A DNA stretch of 64,000 nucleotides from a bacterium (GTDB lineage Bacteria > Zhuqueibacterota > Zhuqueibacteria > Residuimicrobiales > Krinioviventaceae): positions 4,320,001 through 4,384,000 of the forward strand of contig OY843751.1 of NCBI GenBank assembly GCA_963693055.1, given 5' to 3'. A model generated the notes under the pieces. The model had not been told where the DNA came from, did no database searches, and worked only from the letters and a program-made list of their open reading frames with translations. Positions 39,484 to 50,051 of this stretch are shown in pieces. Position 1 is the stretch's first letter. Each line of letters starts with the position of its first letter. The position numbers were made by a program, and so were the translations under genes.

Positions 39484-39689
39484 CCAGTAAACCAGCAATT
39501 CTTTCTTATTAAGCTCCATCCACTCTAATACAAGACCTAATGCACATTTTGGAAACCGACCGTTTATTACTCCAGTTTCTATCTCTATGGTAATATCATA
39601 TTCGCCATACACGCATGAAAATGTGCCGGAGCATGGTCCTTGTAATACATAGCTATAACAATTCCTAAAAACCGGGATATTTCAGGCAT
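39433..39689 (-). pseudogene. DUF4160 (toxin-like) gene with 1-nt frameshift
   Basis: MPEISRFLGIVIAMYYKDHAPAHFHA, a frame change near 39611, then YGEYDITIEIETGVINGRFPKCALGLVLEW...KNAPLE-stop. Confidence 0.85.
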
Positions 39690-39764
39690 TGCCAATCCTT
39701 TCAAAAAAAATCAATCGAATACTTTTGTATTACAAATAAAAGCAAAAAAAACCAAAGCCCGGTT

Positions 39765-39808
39765 CCTGAGTGATCCGTCCGCAGCATGCGGGCGGATTGT
39801 ATCGAAAG
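39765..39808. repeat. REP-like palindrome
   Basis: CCTGAGTG-atccgtccgca-gca-tgcgggcggat-TGTATCGAA; single copy in the window. Confidence 0.45.
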
Positions 39809-39829
39809 ATTAGGGCCTAATTAACCATA

Positions 39830-41458
39830 TCAATAATACTTGTCTAACACCGCACCGCGATAATAATGCGTCAATATCTGCTGTGCGGATTTGCCTTCTT
39901 CTGCCATCATGGCCGCACCAATCTGGCACATGCCTACTCCGTGTCCCCAACCCGCGCCGGTAAATACAAATTCTTCGGGGAAACCGTTCACGTCCCCAAT
40001 CTTGTCCACAACAAAACAGGCGCTGTACAAGGCGGTTGACGACAATGCCCTGCGGATGTTCAGCTCTTTTCGCACATTGATCTTGCCCGCCGCACCACGG
40101 ATCTCGATCTCAATCAGTCGTCCCGATACACCTCGTTCAACCGGAACAATATCAACCAGCGTACCAATATCATGATACTTGTTACGGATGATATTCTCCA
40201 ACTCTAACCGGGAATATCGCTGCTGCCAGCGATAATATTTCACACTGTATTTTGAATAATCCGGGGTGCCGTGGCTTTCCGCATTACAGTTGACCTTGGG
40301 CGAGCTTTCTACCCATCGTCTTACACTCTCTTCCGTAGACAGATCAAACGAAACCGGCAGATCTCGTGATTCAGGATCGTCCAGTACGCCTCGTAAATAG
40401 GGTAACGATTCACCCATCCATACATTCTCGGTGTTTTCCGTGTGTCCGCCACAAACCGCGGAATAGGGAGTTGTGCACAAACTTCCATTATAAACCAGCA
40501 CCTCGCCCTGTGTCTCACTGATTGCCTTGCGTATGCGATCATTACTTCGTCCCGCACCCACAAACGCCTGGCTATATACATCATCCGTTACATCATAGGG
40601 TTTATCACGATAGCGGCTGCCAAAATTGTACAGAAAAAAAGTACGGGCTGCAACTGCCTGCGCTTTAAGTGCTTCAAGCGGAAATGTGGGAATCATTTCA
40701 CCGGGCAATACCCCTTCAAGATAAGATTCCAGACTTAATACATTAATCACAAACAGCTTCCCATTGGGACCAATCATCAGTTCCAATTCACCGCCATACT
40801 TGCGGGTTTCTTCTCGTGAGTAATGGAACCCCTCTCCAACCTTGACAGCTTGCAGATTAACCAACGCTCCGGAAATCCGCAGTGCGCTTTGAATAACCAA
40901 CTCTTTACCGGACTCGGATTTTAAATGAATCTCACCACCCGGATCGCCATCAGGCCGACTAATTACTAAGGCATTGCGCAATGCCGGATTCTGTCTTTTA
41001 TATTGCTCGGCTTGTTCCTGTGTACTAAATTTTTGTTTCAGCAATACCAGGTATCGTCTTTTATCAACCAATACCTTTTTGTCCATATTCAACACATCAC
41101 CGCTGGTAATCTTTTCAACATCCAAATTCTGGGAACGCGCTTCCTGAACGCCTGCATCAGCGGCAGTTTCCTTACTGCTCGATGTATATTGGATTCGATA
41201 AACAGATGGGGCCGGAGAGCCATTCACCAAGGTTGCCCGCCATACTTCACCCTTGTTCATCCGGTACATTTTCCCGTTTCCGTCTGCAATAACAAACGGA
41301 CCTTCGGGTTCAAAAGCAATTTCAGATTTATCTTCAAGCAGTCCCACCCGCACAACCGGTCCTGTGGTTTGAATCGCAGGGCCATAATAGACACCCGCGC
41401 ATGAGAATAATAAAACCATGCTCACAAGAACAGTTGATATACTGACGATTCGTTTCAT
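39830..41458 (-). CDS. SpoIID/LytB-domain lipoprotein (lytic transglycosylase-like)
   Basis: Lipobox LFSC, LESYLEGVLPGEM, EALKAQAVAART, YSAVCGGHTE, GWGHGVGMCQIGA. Confidence 0.9.
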   Translation of the reverse strand: MKRIVSISTVLVSMVLLFSCAGVYYGPAIQTTGPVVRVGLLEDKSEIAFEPEGPFVIADGNGKMYRMNKGEVWRATLVNGSPAPSVYRIQYTSSSKETAADAGVQEARSQNLDVEKITSGDVLNMDKKVLVDKRRYLVLLKQKFSTQEQAEQYKRQNPALRNALVISRPDGDPGGEIHLKSESGKELVIQSALRISGALVNLQAVKVGEGFHYSREETRKYGGELELMIGPNGKLFVINVLSLESYLEGVLPGEMIPTFPLEALKAQAVAARTFFLYNFGSRYRDKPYDVTDDVYSQAFVGAGRSNDRIRKAISETQGEVLVYNGSLCTTPYSAVCGGHTENTENVWMGESLPYLRGVLDDPESRDLPVSFDLSTEESVRRWVESSPKVNCNAESHGTPDYSKYSVKYYRWQQRYSRLELENIIRNKYHDIGTLVDIVPVERGVSGRLIEIEIRGAAGKINVRKELNIRRALSSTALYSACFVVDKIGDVNGFPEEFVFTGAGWGHGVGMCQIGAAMMAEEGKSAQQILTHYYRGAVLDKYY

Positions 41459-41479
41459 GTATCAAATCCTTTAATACGT

Positions 41480-41511
41480 AAAAAAACGCGCGTTTTTACA
41501 GACACGCGCGC
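41480..41511 (-). terminator. possible terminator after era
   Basis: cgcgcgt...acgcgcg stem with an A run on the + strand. Confidence 0.45.
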
Positions 41512-41552
41512 TATCATATCAAATTAATTGTACTACCCGGTCGTTAAATACT

Positions 41553-42455
41553 TTATCGACCATCATATCCAAATTCTTTGAGAAACGTATCCTTTTTGCG
41601 CCATTTCTCTCGCACTGCCACCCACAACTCGAGGAAAACCGGCCTCCCTATAAATTCTTCTATTGCAATCCTCGCATCCTGGCCCAGGGATTTTAACGCT
41701 TTGCCGCCCTTGCCAATAATAATACCTTTTTGTGAAGCTCGCTCTACCACGATTCTGGCCTTAATCACATCTTTGCGCCCCTCTTTTTCCACAAACTCGT
41801 CAATCACTACTGCCGTGGAATAGGGAATCTCGTCACCATATTGCTGAAAAATCTTTTCGCGAATAATCTCGCTTACAAAAAAGCGTTCAGGATGTTCGGT
41901 AACCTGATCATCAGGATAAAAAGGAAAACCTTCCGGTAAATATTTCAATATGGTCTTTTCAAGGTCTTCCACATTATCACCCGTCAGAGCAGAAATGGGT
42001 ACAATATCTTTAAAACTAAAGATATCTTTATACTCATCAATCAATGGTAAAACTTCCTGGGGCTGGGTGCGGTCCATTTTATTGATCACCAGCAAAACAG
42101 GTTTTTCAATTGATTTCAAATAACTGAGTATCTCTAAATCACGGTCTTTGGGTTTTCTTCCCGCTTCAATCAGAAACAATACCAGGTCCGCATCCCTGGT
42201 TGCATTATGTGCGGATTTGACCATATAATCGTGCAGTTTGTATTTGGGCTCCATTAATCCCGGGGTATCCAGAAATACAATCTGACAACCCGGTTTGGAT
42301 AAAATACCCAAAATACGGTGCCGTGTGGTTTGGGGTTTAGCTGTAGTAATAGACAGCTTGAATTGCAGTAAATGGTTAGTCAGGGTAGATTTACCCACAT
42401 TGGGTTGCCCCACAACCGCAACATAACCCGCTTTAAAAACATTTTCATTCATCAT
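41553..42455 (-). CDS. era: GTPase Era
   Basis: GQPNVGKS, PQTTR, DTPG, NKMD, KH-domain IIGKGG. Confidence 0.97.
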   Translation of the reverse strand: MMNENVFKAGYVAVVGQPNVGKSTLTNHLLQFKLSITTAKPQTTRHRILGILSKPGCQIVFLDTPGLMEPKYKLHDYMVKSAHNATRDADLVLFLIEAGRKPKDRDLEILSYLKSIEKPVLLVINKMDRTQPQEVLPLIDEYKDIFSFKDIVPISALTGDNVEDLEKTILKYLPEGFPFYPDDQVTEHPERFFVSEIIREKIFQQYGDEIPYSTAVVIDEFVEKEGRKDVIKARIVVERASQKGIIIGKGGKALKSLGQDARIAIEEFIGRPVFLELWVAVREKWRKKDTFLKEFGYDGR

Positions 42456-42910
42456 TAAATATAAGCATCCAGTGTGTGATATTCGTCAAGTTTGTCCAGC
42501 AGGTCTTTTCCATCAGTAAGCTTTAAATTATGATTTTGACATCCATTCCGGGCGCAGGCTTCCACACGTCCTCCATGCGGAAGATAAACACCGCACATAC
42601 TTGAACCGCATTCATCGCACACAACATGGTCCAGAATCAGTGTGGTGCCGCAAGTAGGACAAAAGAATTCTACCGTTTCACCATCCGGGATGTCAATCTC
42701 GGACACATTTTTAAAACTCCCATAAACAGGATCAAGATGGATCATACCCGCTACATCTTTGTATTTGACCTTGACAGTAATTGAGGCATATCCATTTATC
42801 AAATGGTCCGTATCCATCAGGTTGTGCCGGTTTGGGCACATTGCATGTTGAATTCGCAGCGATTTACTGGGAATCTCGATGGTTATTTTTTCCTTTTCTC
42901 TATGAACCAT
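42455..42910 (-). CDS. Cys-rich hypothetical protein
   Basis: CPNRH, CPTC, CDEC, CARNGCQNH; translationally coupled to era. Confidence 0.75.
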   Translation of the reverse strand: MVHREKEKITIEIPSKSLRIQHAMCPNRHNLMDTDHLINGYASITVKVKYKDVAGMIHLDPVYGSFKNVSEIDIPDGETVEFFCPTCGTTLILDHVVCDECGSSMCGVYLPHGGRVEACARNGCQNHNLKLTDGKDLLDKLDEYHTLDAYI

Positions 42911-42914
42911 AATT

Positions 42915-44273
42915 TCACCTCAGGTGTTCTCGGGTTTCTTTAATTATTATTCCACTCAAAGCCAGCAAACCAATCAAGTTCGGGATTGCCATCAAACCAT
43001 TCATAATATCGGCAAACGTCCAAACCAGGTTTACTTTGGTAATAACAGCGCCAACAAATACCATAATACTAAACAAAATACGATAAGGCATTACAGACCG
43101 GGCGCCAAGTAAATATTCAAATGATTTCTCACCATAATAACTCCACCCTAATATAGTGGAATAGGCGAAAAAAACCAAACCAAAAGCAACTATCATACCG
43201 CCAAACTTTCCGGGCAGTGCAGAACTAAAAGCCATTGAAGTCAGTTCAGCTCCGGTAGCACCGCTCGTCCAGGTGCCGCTTGAAAGGATCACAAAACCGG
43301 TAAGCGAACAGACGATAATGGTATCAATAAAAGTCTGAGTCATGGATACCAGCGCCTGATTCACAGGAGTTTTCGTCTGGGCTGCCGCGGCCGCAATTGG
43401 TGCGCTACCCAATCCGGATTCGTTAGAGAATACGCCGCGTGCAACGCCCCAGCGAATAGCCTCGCGAACCATTGCGCCTGCAAAACCACCTGCAGCGGAT
43501 GCAGGTGTAAAAGCATTACCGATAACCATTGTAAAGACTGATGGTATAGCTTTATAATTAATTATTACAACAATCAAAGAACTGAGCATGTATAACAAAA
43601 TCATAAACGGAACAATCACCGCGGTCGTACGACCTATACTTTTAATACCGCCAAGCAGTACAAGTGCGGTTGCTAAAAATAAAACAATTCCCACATGATA
43701 ATGACTGATTTGTGGAAACACAGCCGTAACTGCATCTGCAACAGAATTTGACTGAACAATATTTCCTATTCCAAAGGCTGATATAGATGCAAACAGAGCA
43801 AACAATACTGCCAGCCACTTCCAGCCCAGTCCCTTTTCAATATAATACATGGGACCGCCGCGCATATTTCCGTGCTCATCCACTTCACGATACTTGACAG
43901 CCAATACGGCTTCACCATATTTGGTAGCCATACCAAAAAGGCCGGTCACCCACATCCAAAACAATGCACCGGGACCACCAGCGGTAATGGCGGTTGCCAC
44001 ACCGGCAATGTTTCCGGTACCCACGGTAGCAGCAAGTGCGGTCATTAAGGCCTGAAAATGGCTGATATCGCCTTCAGCATCTCCCTCTTCACGACGTTTG
44101 ATCAATGCCATGTGCAATGAATATTTCAAAGTCGTGAACTGGAGCCCGCCCAGACGAATAGTCAAATATATTCCCGTACCCACCAGCAAGAGAAGCATTG
44201 GAGGGCCCCAAATAAATCCGCTTACCGTTTCAAATATGGATAATAATTGTTCCTGCAAATCAAGCTCCATCAA
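42915..44273 (-). CDS. alanine/glycine:cation symporter (AGCS family)
   Basis: [38 protein letters not shown]. Confidence 0.95.
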   Translation of the reverse strand: MMELDLQEQLLSIFETVSGFIWGPPMLLLLVGTGIYLTIRLGGLQFTTLKYSLHMALIKRREEGDAEGDISHFQALMTALAATVGTGNIAGVATAITAGGPGALFWMWVTGLFGMATKYGEAVLAVKYREVDEHGNMRGGPMYYIEKGLGWKWLAVLFALFASISAFGIGNIVQSNSVADAVTAVFPQISHYHVGIVLFLATALVLLGGIKSIGRTTAVIVPFMILLYMLSSLIVVIINYKAIPSVFTMVIGNAFTPASAAGGFAGAMVREAIRWGVARGVFSNESGLGSAPIAAAAAQTKTPVNQALVSMTQTFIDTIIVCSLTGFVILSSGTWTSGATGAELTSMAFSSALPGKFGGMIVAFGLVFFAYSTILGWSYYGEKSFEYLLGARSVMPYRILFSIMVFVGAVITKVNLVWTFADIMNGLMAIPNLIGLLALSGIIIKETREHLR

Positions 44274-44281
44274 TAGCTAAA

Positions 44282-45712
44282 CTAGTAAGATTTTCCAACC
44301 AGCACACGCTGTTCAGAAGGCTTGCCGCAAACAATACATGATCCGCTTTCTTTTTCTCCATCCACAGGAATCAATCGTATTGTAGCTTTGGATGTTTCCT
44401 GAAATTTATTTTCACATTCCGCTGAACCACACCAATGCACCCAGAAAAAACCGCCCGGATCTTCGATGCGTGTTTTAAATGCTTCAAAATCATCTTCATT
44501 AAATGTATTTTCTTCACGAAATTTCTTTGCACGGTTGTACATGTCTTTTTGCATCTGTTCAAGTTCAGACTGAATATGCTCCAAAAGTCCATCTTGCGAT
44601 ACAAAGGTCTTTTCACCGGTATCTCTACGCACCATCACAACCTGGTTGTTTTCAAGATCTTTGGGGCCCATTTCAAGACGGATAGGCACACCGCGTTTTT
44701 CCCATTCATTGAATTTAAAACCGGGGCGGTATTGATCTCTGTCATCAACTTTAAAACGGATTTTACCTTTCCAATCCGCGGTCAACTCTTCAATGCGTGC
44801 TTTTAGATTGGCCATATCCTCATCAGATCGCCAGATCGGGATCAATACCACTTCAATCGGTGCCAGGCGAGGAGGAACAACAAGCCCATTGTCATCACTA
44901 TGGGTCATAATCAATGCACCAATTAATCGGGTAGATACACCCCAGCTTGTTGCATAAACATGCTGCTGCTGGCCATTCTCATCCTGAAAGGTTACATCAA
45001 ACGCTTTGGCAAAATTCTGTCCCAAATTATGTGAGGTACCTGCCTGCAGGGCTTTTTTATCCTGCATCATGGCCTCAATACAATAAGTTTCTTTGGCGCC
45101 GGCAAACTTTTCACTGTCTGTTTTAACACCAACCAATACAGGCGCTGCCAAATATTCTTCAGCAAATTCACGATACACATCGATCATTTTCAATGTTTCT
45201 TCCTGAGCTTCTGCTGCCGTTGCATGCGCAGTATGGCCTTCCTGCCATAAAAATTCAGTGGTACGTAAAAACAAACGGGTCCGCATTTCCCAGCGTACAA
45301 CATTGGCCCACTGGTTGATCAAAATTGGCAAATCACGATACGATTGTATCCATTTTTTATAGGTAGACCAAATGATGGTCTCTGAAGTTGGACGAACAAC
45401 CAGCGGCTCTTCAAGCTTTTTGCCGCCACCATGTGTTACAACTGCGGTCTCGGGGGCAAAGCCCTCAACGTGTTCTGCCTCTTTTTTCAAATAGCTTTCC
45501 GGTATAAACATGGGGAAATACGCGTTCACATGACCGGTTTCTTTGAACATTTTATCGAGCTGCGCTTGAATGTTTTCCCATAGCGCATACCCGTTGGGTT
45601 TGATCACCATACAGCCCTTGACAGCGGAATGTTCTGCCAGGTCTGCGGCTTGAATAACATCAAGATACCATCGCGAATAATCTTCTGATCGTTTGGTTAA
45701 ACCTTTTGCCAT
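44282..45712 (-). CDS. proS: proline--tRNA ligase (eukaryote/archaea-like type)
   Basis: [37 protein letters not shown]-terminal zinc-type domain ending in KSY. Confidence 0.97.
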   Translation of the reverse strand: MAKGLTKRSEDYSRWYLDVIQAADLAEHSAVKGCMVIKPNGYALWENIQAQLDKMFKETGHVNAYFPMFIPESYLKKEAEHVEGFAPETAVVTHGGGKKLEEPLVVRPTSETIIWSTYKKWIQSYRDLPILINQWANVVRWEMRTRLFLRTTEFLWQEGHTAHATAAEAQEETLKMIDVYREFAEEYLAAPVLVGVKTDSEKFAGAKETYCIEAMMQDKKALQAGTSHNLGQNFAKAFDVTFQDENGQQQHVYATSWGVSTRLIGALIMTHSDDNGLVVPPRLAPIEVVLIPIWRSDEDMANLKARIEELTADWKGKIRFKVDDRDQYRPGFKFNEWEKRGVPIRLEMGPKDLENNQVVMVRRDTGEKTFVSQDGLLEHIQSELEQMQKDMYNRAKKFREENTFNEDDFEAFKTRIEDPGGFFWVHWCGSAECENKFQETSKATIRLIPVDGEKESGSCIVCGKPSEQRVLVGKSY

Positions 45713-45743
45713 AATACATCTTCCTGATTTCTGTATATATTAA

Positions 45744-46604
45744 CTATTCCTGATTACAATGATCTATAACGCGTTTTGCATTCACATAGCATAAATTCTG
45801 ATCTTGAATGCCTTCAAAACAATACAATTCTCGAAATGTTTGAATGCGGCCATTATGCTTTTCAATCACATCCACCAAAGCGCCATGCGGACAATGCAGG
45901 CATGTATCACTTTGATTCTCAAAACGGGTAGCCGTTTGCCGTGCTACCAATGCACGGCTGTTGTTCCAGGTTTGCTTACCGGATCTGTACTCAAAATCTA
46001 CATGCCAGATCTTGTCGAACAATATTCTACCCTTGTCCAGAGTAAACTTGCCTTTGGCTTCAAACTGGTCACCGGCAGCAAATCTTAACCGGTCTTGCTG
46101 GCCCGGAGAAATATGAACATAAAAAAAGTCATCAATTCCGGTTTGGCCAATAAATCCATTTTGAATGATCAGCAGATAGCCATCAAGTCGAATCTGGCCA
46201 CCTTTACCATAAACCTGTTTCTTGAATCTGGGTTTAATTGTCACAATTTCACACCAGATATCCATTTCACGATTCTGGTATTCGTTCACCCAGTCATTAA
46301 ACTCTTCAACCTCTTGCAAAAACAACTCAAACTCTTGTTTCTCTACTTTGATGCGAGGTTGATAGTTTATTTTTTCATCCTCATAGTGCGCGCAGCCTTC
46401 ACACAATCTTCCAACATAATTATAACCGCGTACACAAGATTTTCCACGGTCCTTGAGTCTGCACGACCATTTAAAAATAATACAGCCCTGGGGATAACAT
46501 TTTTTCTGCTGCATAACATGATACGCTGAGACCCGATGTTCAAAACGCTCATGTCCTTTGTAATTACATATAAATATATCAGTTCGTTTTAATGGATTTC
46601 TCAT
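45744..46604 (-). CDS. Cys-rich hypothetical protein
   Basis: 286 aa with Cys clusters at both ends (CYPQGC, C..C..CEGC; CLHC..C..C). Confidence 0.75.
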   Translation of the reverse strand: MRNPLKRTDIFICNYKGHERFEHRVSAYHVMQQKKCYPQGCIIFKWSCRLKDRGKSCVRGYNYVGRLCEGCAHYEDEKINYQPRIKVEKQEFELFLQEVEEFNDWVNEYQNREMDIWCEIVTIKPRFKKQVYGKGGQIRLDGYLLIIQNGFIGQTGIDDFFYVHISPGQQDRLRFAAGDQFEAKGKFTLDKGRILFDKIWHVDFEYRSGKQTWNNSRALVARQTATRFENQSDTCLHCPHGALVDVIEKHNGRIQTFRELYCFEGIQDQNLCYVNAKRVIDHCNQE

Positions 46605-46711
46605 AAACGCTCATAAAAATATTAAATAATATAATTACACTGGTATTGATAAGCAAGAAAATAATATGGGATTTACGGCATGCAATGAATTGGATATATT
46701 TCAGAATAATT

Positions 46712-46739
46712 AAAAAAAAGGCGCTTAAAAAAACGCCTT
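46712..46739 (-). terminator. terminator after the PTS EIIB gene
   Basis: aaggcg...cgcctt stem with an A run on the + strand. Confidence 0.5.
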
Positions 46740-47226
46740 ATTCTTTTTCTAATTCGAGAGAATCAGCTATATCGATAGGTGGACGTGTGGGTACGTCTCT
46801 GCCCTCAAGGTAGATTTTCTTTTTGTATAAAATACTAAAATTCTCAATATCATTTTGATCCACAAAAATAAATGGGGTGATCTGGTTTTTCCCTGGTTTG
46901 AAATGCATTCCCCCCACATTCACTTCTTTGATATCCACGCCGGCATTTACCAGATCTACAATTGTTTTCGGTGAATCAACCAGCATTAAAACACGCTCCT
47001 GCACAAATTCATTTGCATTCAAAGCATTTATGGTTTCTTCAAGCGTTAAAACAGATGCTGCAATTTCCGGGGGAACTGCAGACAAGTAAATTTTCCGCTG
47101 CCAATCGGAATTTGCGACTTCATCGCTGCACAATAAAATCCGTTGCGGTTTCAAAACATCTCTCCAGCCAACAACGACCTGGCCGTGAATCAGTCGGTCA
47201 TCAATTCTTACCTGTACCAGTGGCAT
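46738..47226 (-). CDS. PTS mannose/sorbose-family EIIB
   Basis: RIDDRLIHGQV phospho-His motif and VNVGGM. Confidence 0.92.
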   Translation of the reverse strand: MPLVQVRIDDRLIHGQVVVGWRDVLKPQRILLCSDEVANSDWQRKIYLSAVPPEIAASVLTLEETINALNANEFVQERVLMLVDSPKTIVDLVNAGVDIKEVNVGGMHFKPGKNQITPFIFVDQNDIENFSILYKKKIYLEGRDVPTRPPIDIADSLELEKE

Positions 47227-47260
47227 TACTTACTCTCCATATTCTGTTTATTTTTCATTA

Positions 47261-47647
47261 TTATTTCAATGTTGTTATACCGCGCAATCCATCATTTATT
47301 ATCTCTTCTACCAGTTCATCCAGAGAATAAGTTTCTCGTTTGGTAACAAAAGATAATATCATGGGTAAATTCACGCCGGAAACAACCCGAACATTCTGAT
47401 AATTCATTGCAATACCTGCTGAAACATTCCAGGTACTGCCACCTTTAAGGCAAGCCATAATAACCAGGCCATCCTGTTGCTCGTGTGGTGCTTTGACAAT
47501 TGCCAACAGTCGGTGATTAATTTCTTCCAATGTCATATCGGTCACTGAAAGTGCGTGCAAGCCTTCGTCCATTCCAATAATATTACGGACCGCTTCTATC
47601 AACGCGCTTCCCATGGGTCCATGTGTAATTAATGCTGCATGTTTCAT
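47261..47647 (-). CDS. PTS mannose-family EIIA
   Basis: LITHG, GGS, SGVNLPM. Confidence 0.88.
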   Translation of the reverse strand: MKHAALITHGPMGSALIEAVRNIIGMDEGLHALSVTDMTLEEINHRLLAIVKAPHEQQDGLVIMACLKGGSTWNVSAGIAMNYQNVRVVSGVNLPMILSFVTKRETYSLDELVEEIINDGLRGITTLK

Positions 47648-47655
47648 AATTTAAT

Positions 47656-48633
47656 CTAACTCCGGTTTTGGTTTTGCATCTTTTGGATCAATCGCTCATT
47701 AAATTCCTTGGCCGGATGCTCGCCATGTTGCTTGAGTTGGTGATTCATTGCTACGACTTCTGCTATTACCGTAATATTCTTACCCGGAAAGATTGGAAGC
47801 TCTACAAGAGGCAGTTCAACATCAAGAATTTTTACGGTCTTGTCTTCTACTCCTGAACGTTCGTATTCGCGGTTTTCATCCCATAATTCCAGTTTAATTA
47901 CCACATCAATATTTTTATTACCGCGAATCCCTCTAATGCCAAACATTCTGCGCACATCAATAATACCCAAACCACGTATTTCCATATGGTGGGTCAATAT
48001 TTCACTTGGGGCTCCCTGCAATACATTTGTAGCCATTTTGGTAATGTACACAGCATCATCTGCCACAAGCTGGTGCCCGCGTTCAATCAGGTCAAGCGTC
48101 AACTCGCTCTTTCCAATAGCACTGGGACCGGTTATCAGCATACCTACGCCATATACATCGATCAAAGATCCATGCACCAATATATATGGGGCAAATGTGC
48201 GATTAAGATATTCACTGAGATAATACGTAACAGTAGTCGTACTAAGGGGGGTTGAAAATATGGTTATGGCATTGTTATTGGCTATTTCTACAAGTTCATC
48301 CGGAATGCGGTTGTCGTTGGTTACAATAATACAGGGCAAATCAAAGCCCAAAACTGTGGATATAGCGTGCATTCTGGCTTCTCCGTGCAGGGTATTTAAA
48401 TACCCAATCTCTGTATTCCCCATAATCTGGAGTCGCCAATATGTAAAAACTTCAACAAAGCCGCTAAGAGCTAATCCCGGTCTGTGTAGTTCCTGCTCTT
48501 TGATTTTTCGAATAAAACTGGCTTCGTTATTAATGATTGATAATGATAATTTTTCTGAATTATCAAGATACAACTCTTCAACTGTAATAAAAGGCCTGAC
48601 TTTGGGTTCACTATCAAGAATGGAATCAATCAA
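47656..48633 (-). CDS. hprK: HPr(Ser) kinase/phosphorylase
   Basis: HRPGLAL, GPSAIGKSE, LVADD, MEIRGLGIID. Confidence 0.95.
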   Translation of the reverse strand: MIDSILDSEPKVRPFITVEELYLDNSEKLSLSIINNEASFIRKIKEQELHRPGLALSGFVEVFTYWRLQIMGNTEIGYLNTLHGEARMHAISTVLGFDLPCIIVTNDNRIPDELVEIANNNAITIFSTPLSTTTVTYYLSEYLNRTFAPYILVHGSLIDVYGVGMLITGPSAIGKSELTLDLIERGHQLVADDAVYITKMATNVLQGAPSEILTHHMEIRGLGIIDVRRMFGIRGIRGNKNIDVVIKLELWDENREYERSGVEDKTVKILDVELPLVELPIFPGKNITVIAEVVAMNHQLKQHGEHPAKEFNERLIQKMQNQNRS

Positions 48634-48719
48634 CGCTTGTACATCTCCATTTAAAATGTGCTTTATTCAGCCGGGCGTAAACGCCCCTGGCAAAGACCCT
48701 GGTCTTTGCCAGGGTATCA

Positions 48720-49040
48720 TTATTCTTCAAACTTTTCTACAATTTTCTCTTTGTCAAAATGCCTGGTTTTTTCTTTATATTTTACAATGTTCCGTTCAAG
48801 GGTATCCACCGCCAGTGTTATGGATTTATACATATCCTCGCTGCGGGTCACTACCGGTATACGGGTGCCGTACACCTTGGCAATTATTTCAGCAACTTGC
48901 TCCTGCTTAATATAATCCAAAATTATTTCTACATCAAGTATTCCGTCATAATACTTTTTTAATCTCGTAACTTCTTCAGTCGCGAATTCTTTTAATCGGT
49001 CCGATGGCTTAAAATGCCTGGCAGTGAAAGAAACTCTCAT
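48720..49040 (-). CDS. hpf: ribosome hibernation factor HPF/RaiA
   Basis: MRVSFTARHF, SEDMYKSI; sits upstream of hprK. Confidence 0.88.
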   Translation of the reverse strand: MRVSFTARHFKPSDRLKEFATEEVTRLKKYYDGILDVEIILDYIKQEQVAEIIAKVYGTRIPVVTRSEDMYKSITLAVDTLERNIVKYKEKTRHFDKEKIVEKFEE

Positions 49041-49115
49041 ATGTTACCTCCTTAATTTAATATAAATAATCAAAAAAAACAAATTGCCAGACGATTCAAA
49101 TCCTCCTATTTTAAT

Positions 49116-50051
49116 TTATTTTTCATTAGCCCTGGGATGGGCCTGCTTATAGATACGTTTCAAATGTTCGGCTGAAACATGTGTGTAAATCTCTGTAGTC
49201 CCTAAATTTGCATGGCCCAACAATTCTTTAACAGACATTAAATCTGCTCCTGAATCTAACAAGTGGGTTGCAAATGTATGCCGCAATGAATGCGGATGCG
49301 CTTTTTCTGTATCTGCTACTTTTTTAATATAATTTTGAACAATTGTTGCGACTTGCTGTCTGGTAAATGGCTCCTTTTCCTCTTTAACAAATAAATAGCG
49401 GTTATATTCCGGCTTTACAGACGCTTGCACTTCAATTTGCTGTAAATACCGGCGTATATCCTCAATTACTATACCGGGCAGGGGTAAAACTCTTTTTTTA
49501 TTACCTTTACCTAATACGGTGAGTGTGCCGTTATTCAAGTTCACATCACTTGTTTTGATATTGATCAACTCACTTACGCGGATGCCTGTAGCATAAAACA
49601 ACTCTAGTATCAAATAATCCCGCAATCCCTCAAAAGTTTCAACATCCGGTAAACTCAACAATGCCTTTATTTCCGATTTTGTCATAAATGATGGCAGCTT
49701 TTTATCCAGCTTGGGAGAAGCAATGTTAGCAACAGGATTTGCCTCAAGCACTCCCTTTCTAACCAAATACCGGGAAAACATCCGTAACGCGGAAAGTTTT
49801 CTGCTGGTACTACGTGCCGTATATTTTTCTTTCAATAATTCAGACAAAAAACCCCGTACCACAGACTTGGTCAAGTGATCTGTTGCAAAAAGTTCGTCCG
49901 TTTGATAACGCTTCTTTAAAAAACTGACATAATGATTCAAATCACGTCTATATGCTGCAATTGTATTTGCAGAACTGCGTCTTTCAACTTCAAGGTGTTG
50001 TAAAAATTGCGGGATCCAGTTTTCTAATTTTTCTTTTTCCATCGTCATCAC
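49116..50051 (-). CDS. xerC: tyrosine recombinase XerC/XerD
   Basis: YATGIRVSEL, GKGNKKR, HSLRHTFATH, LLGH, TEIY. Confidence 0.88.
   Translation of the reverse strand: MMTMEKEKLENWIPQFLQHLEVERRSSANTIAAYRRDLNHYVSFLKKRYQTDELFATDHLTKSVVRGFLSELLKEKYTARSTSRKLSALRMFSRYLVRKGVLEANPVANIASPKLDKKLPSFMTKSEIKALLSLPDVETFEGLRDYLILELFYATGIRVSELINIKTSDVNLNNGTLTVLGKGNKKRVLPLPGIVIEDIRRYLQQIEVQASVKPEYNRYLFVKEEKEPFTRQQVATIVQNYIKKVADTEKAHPHSLRHTFATHLLDSGADLMSVKELLGHANLGTTEIYTHVSAEHLKRIYKQAHPRANEK

Noticed and set aside
44282-45712. Eukaryote/archaea-type ProRS as a recent transfer
   Set aside because: This type is common in FCB-group bacteria, and its composition matches the neighbours.
48667-48717. Hairpins between hpf and hprK
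   Set aside because: No U-tract and no second copy in the window; probably an mRNA-stabilising stem.
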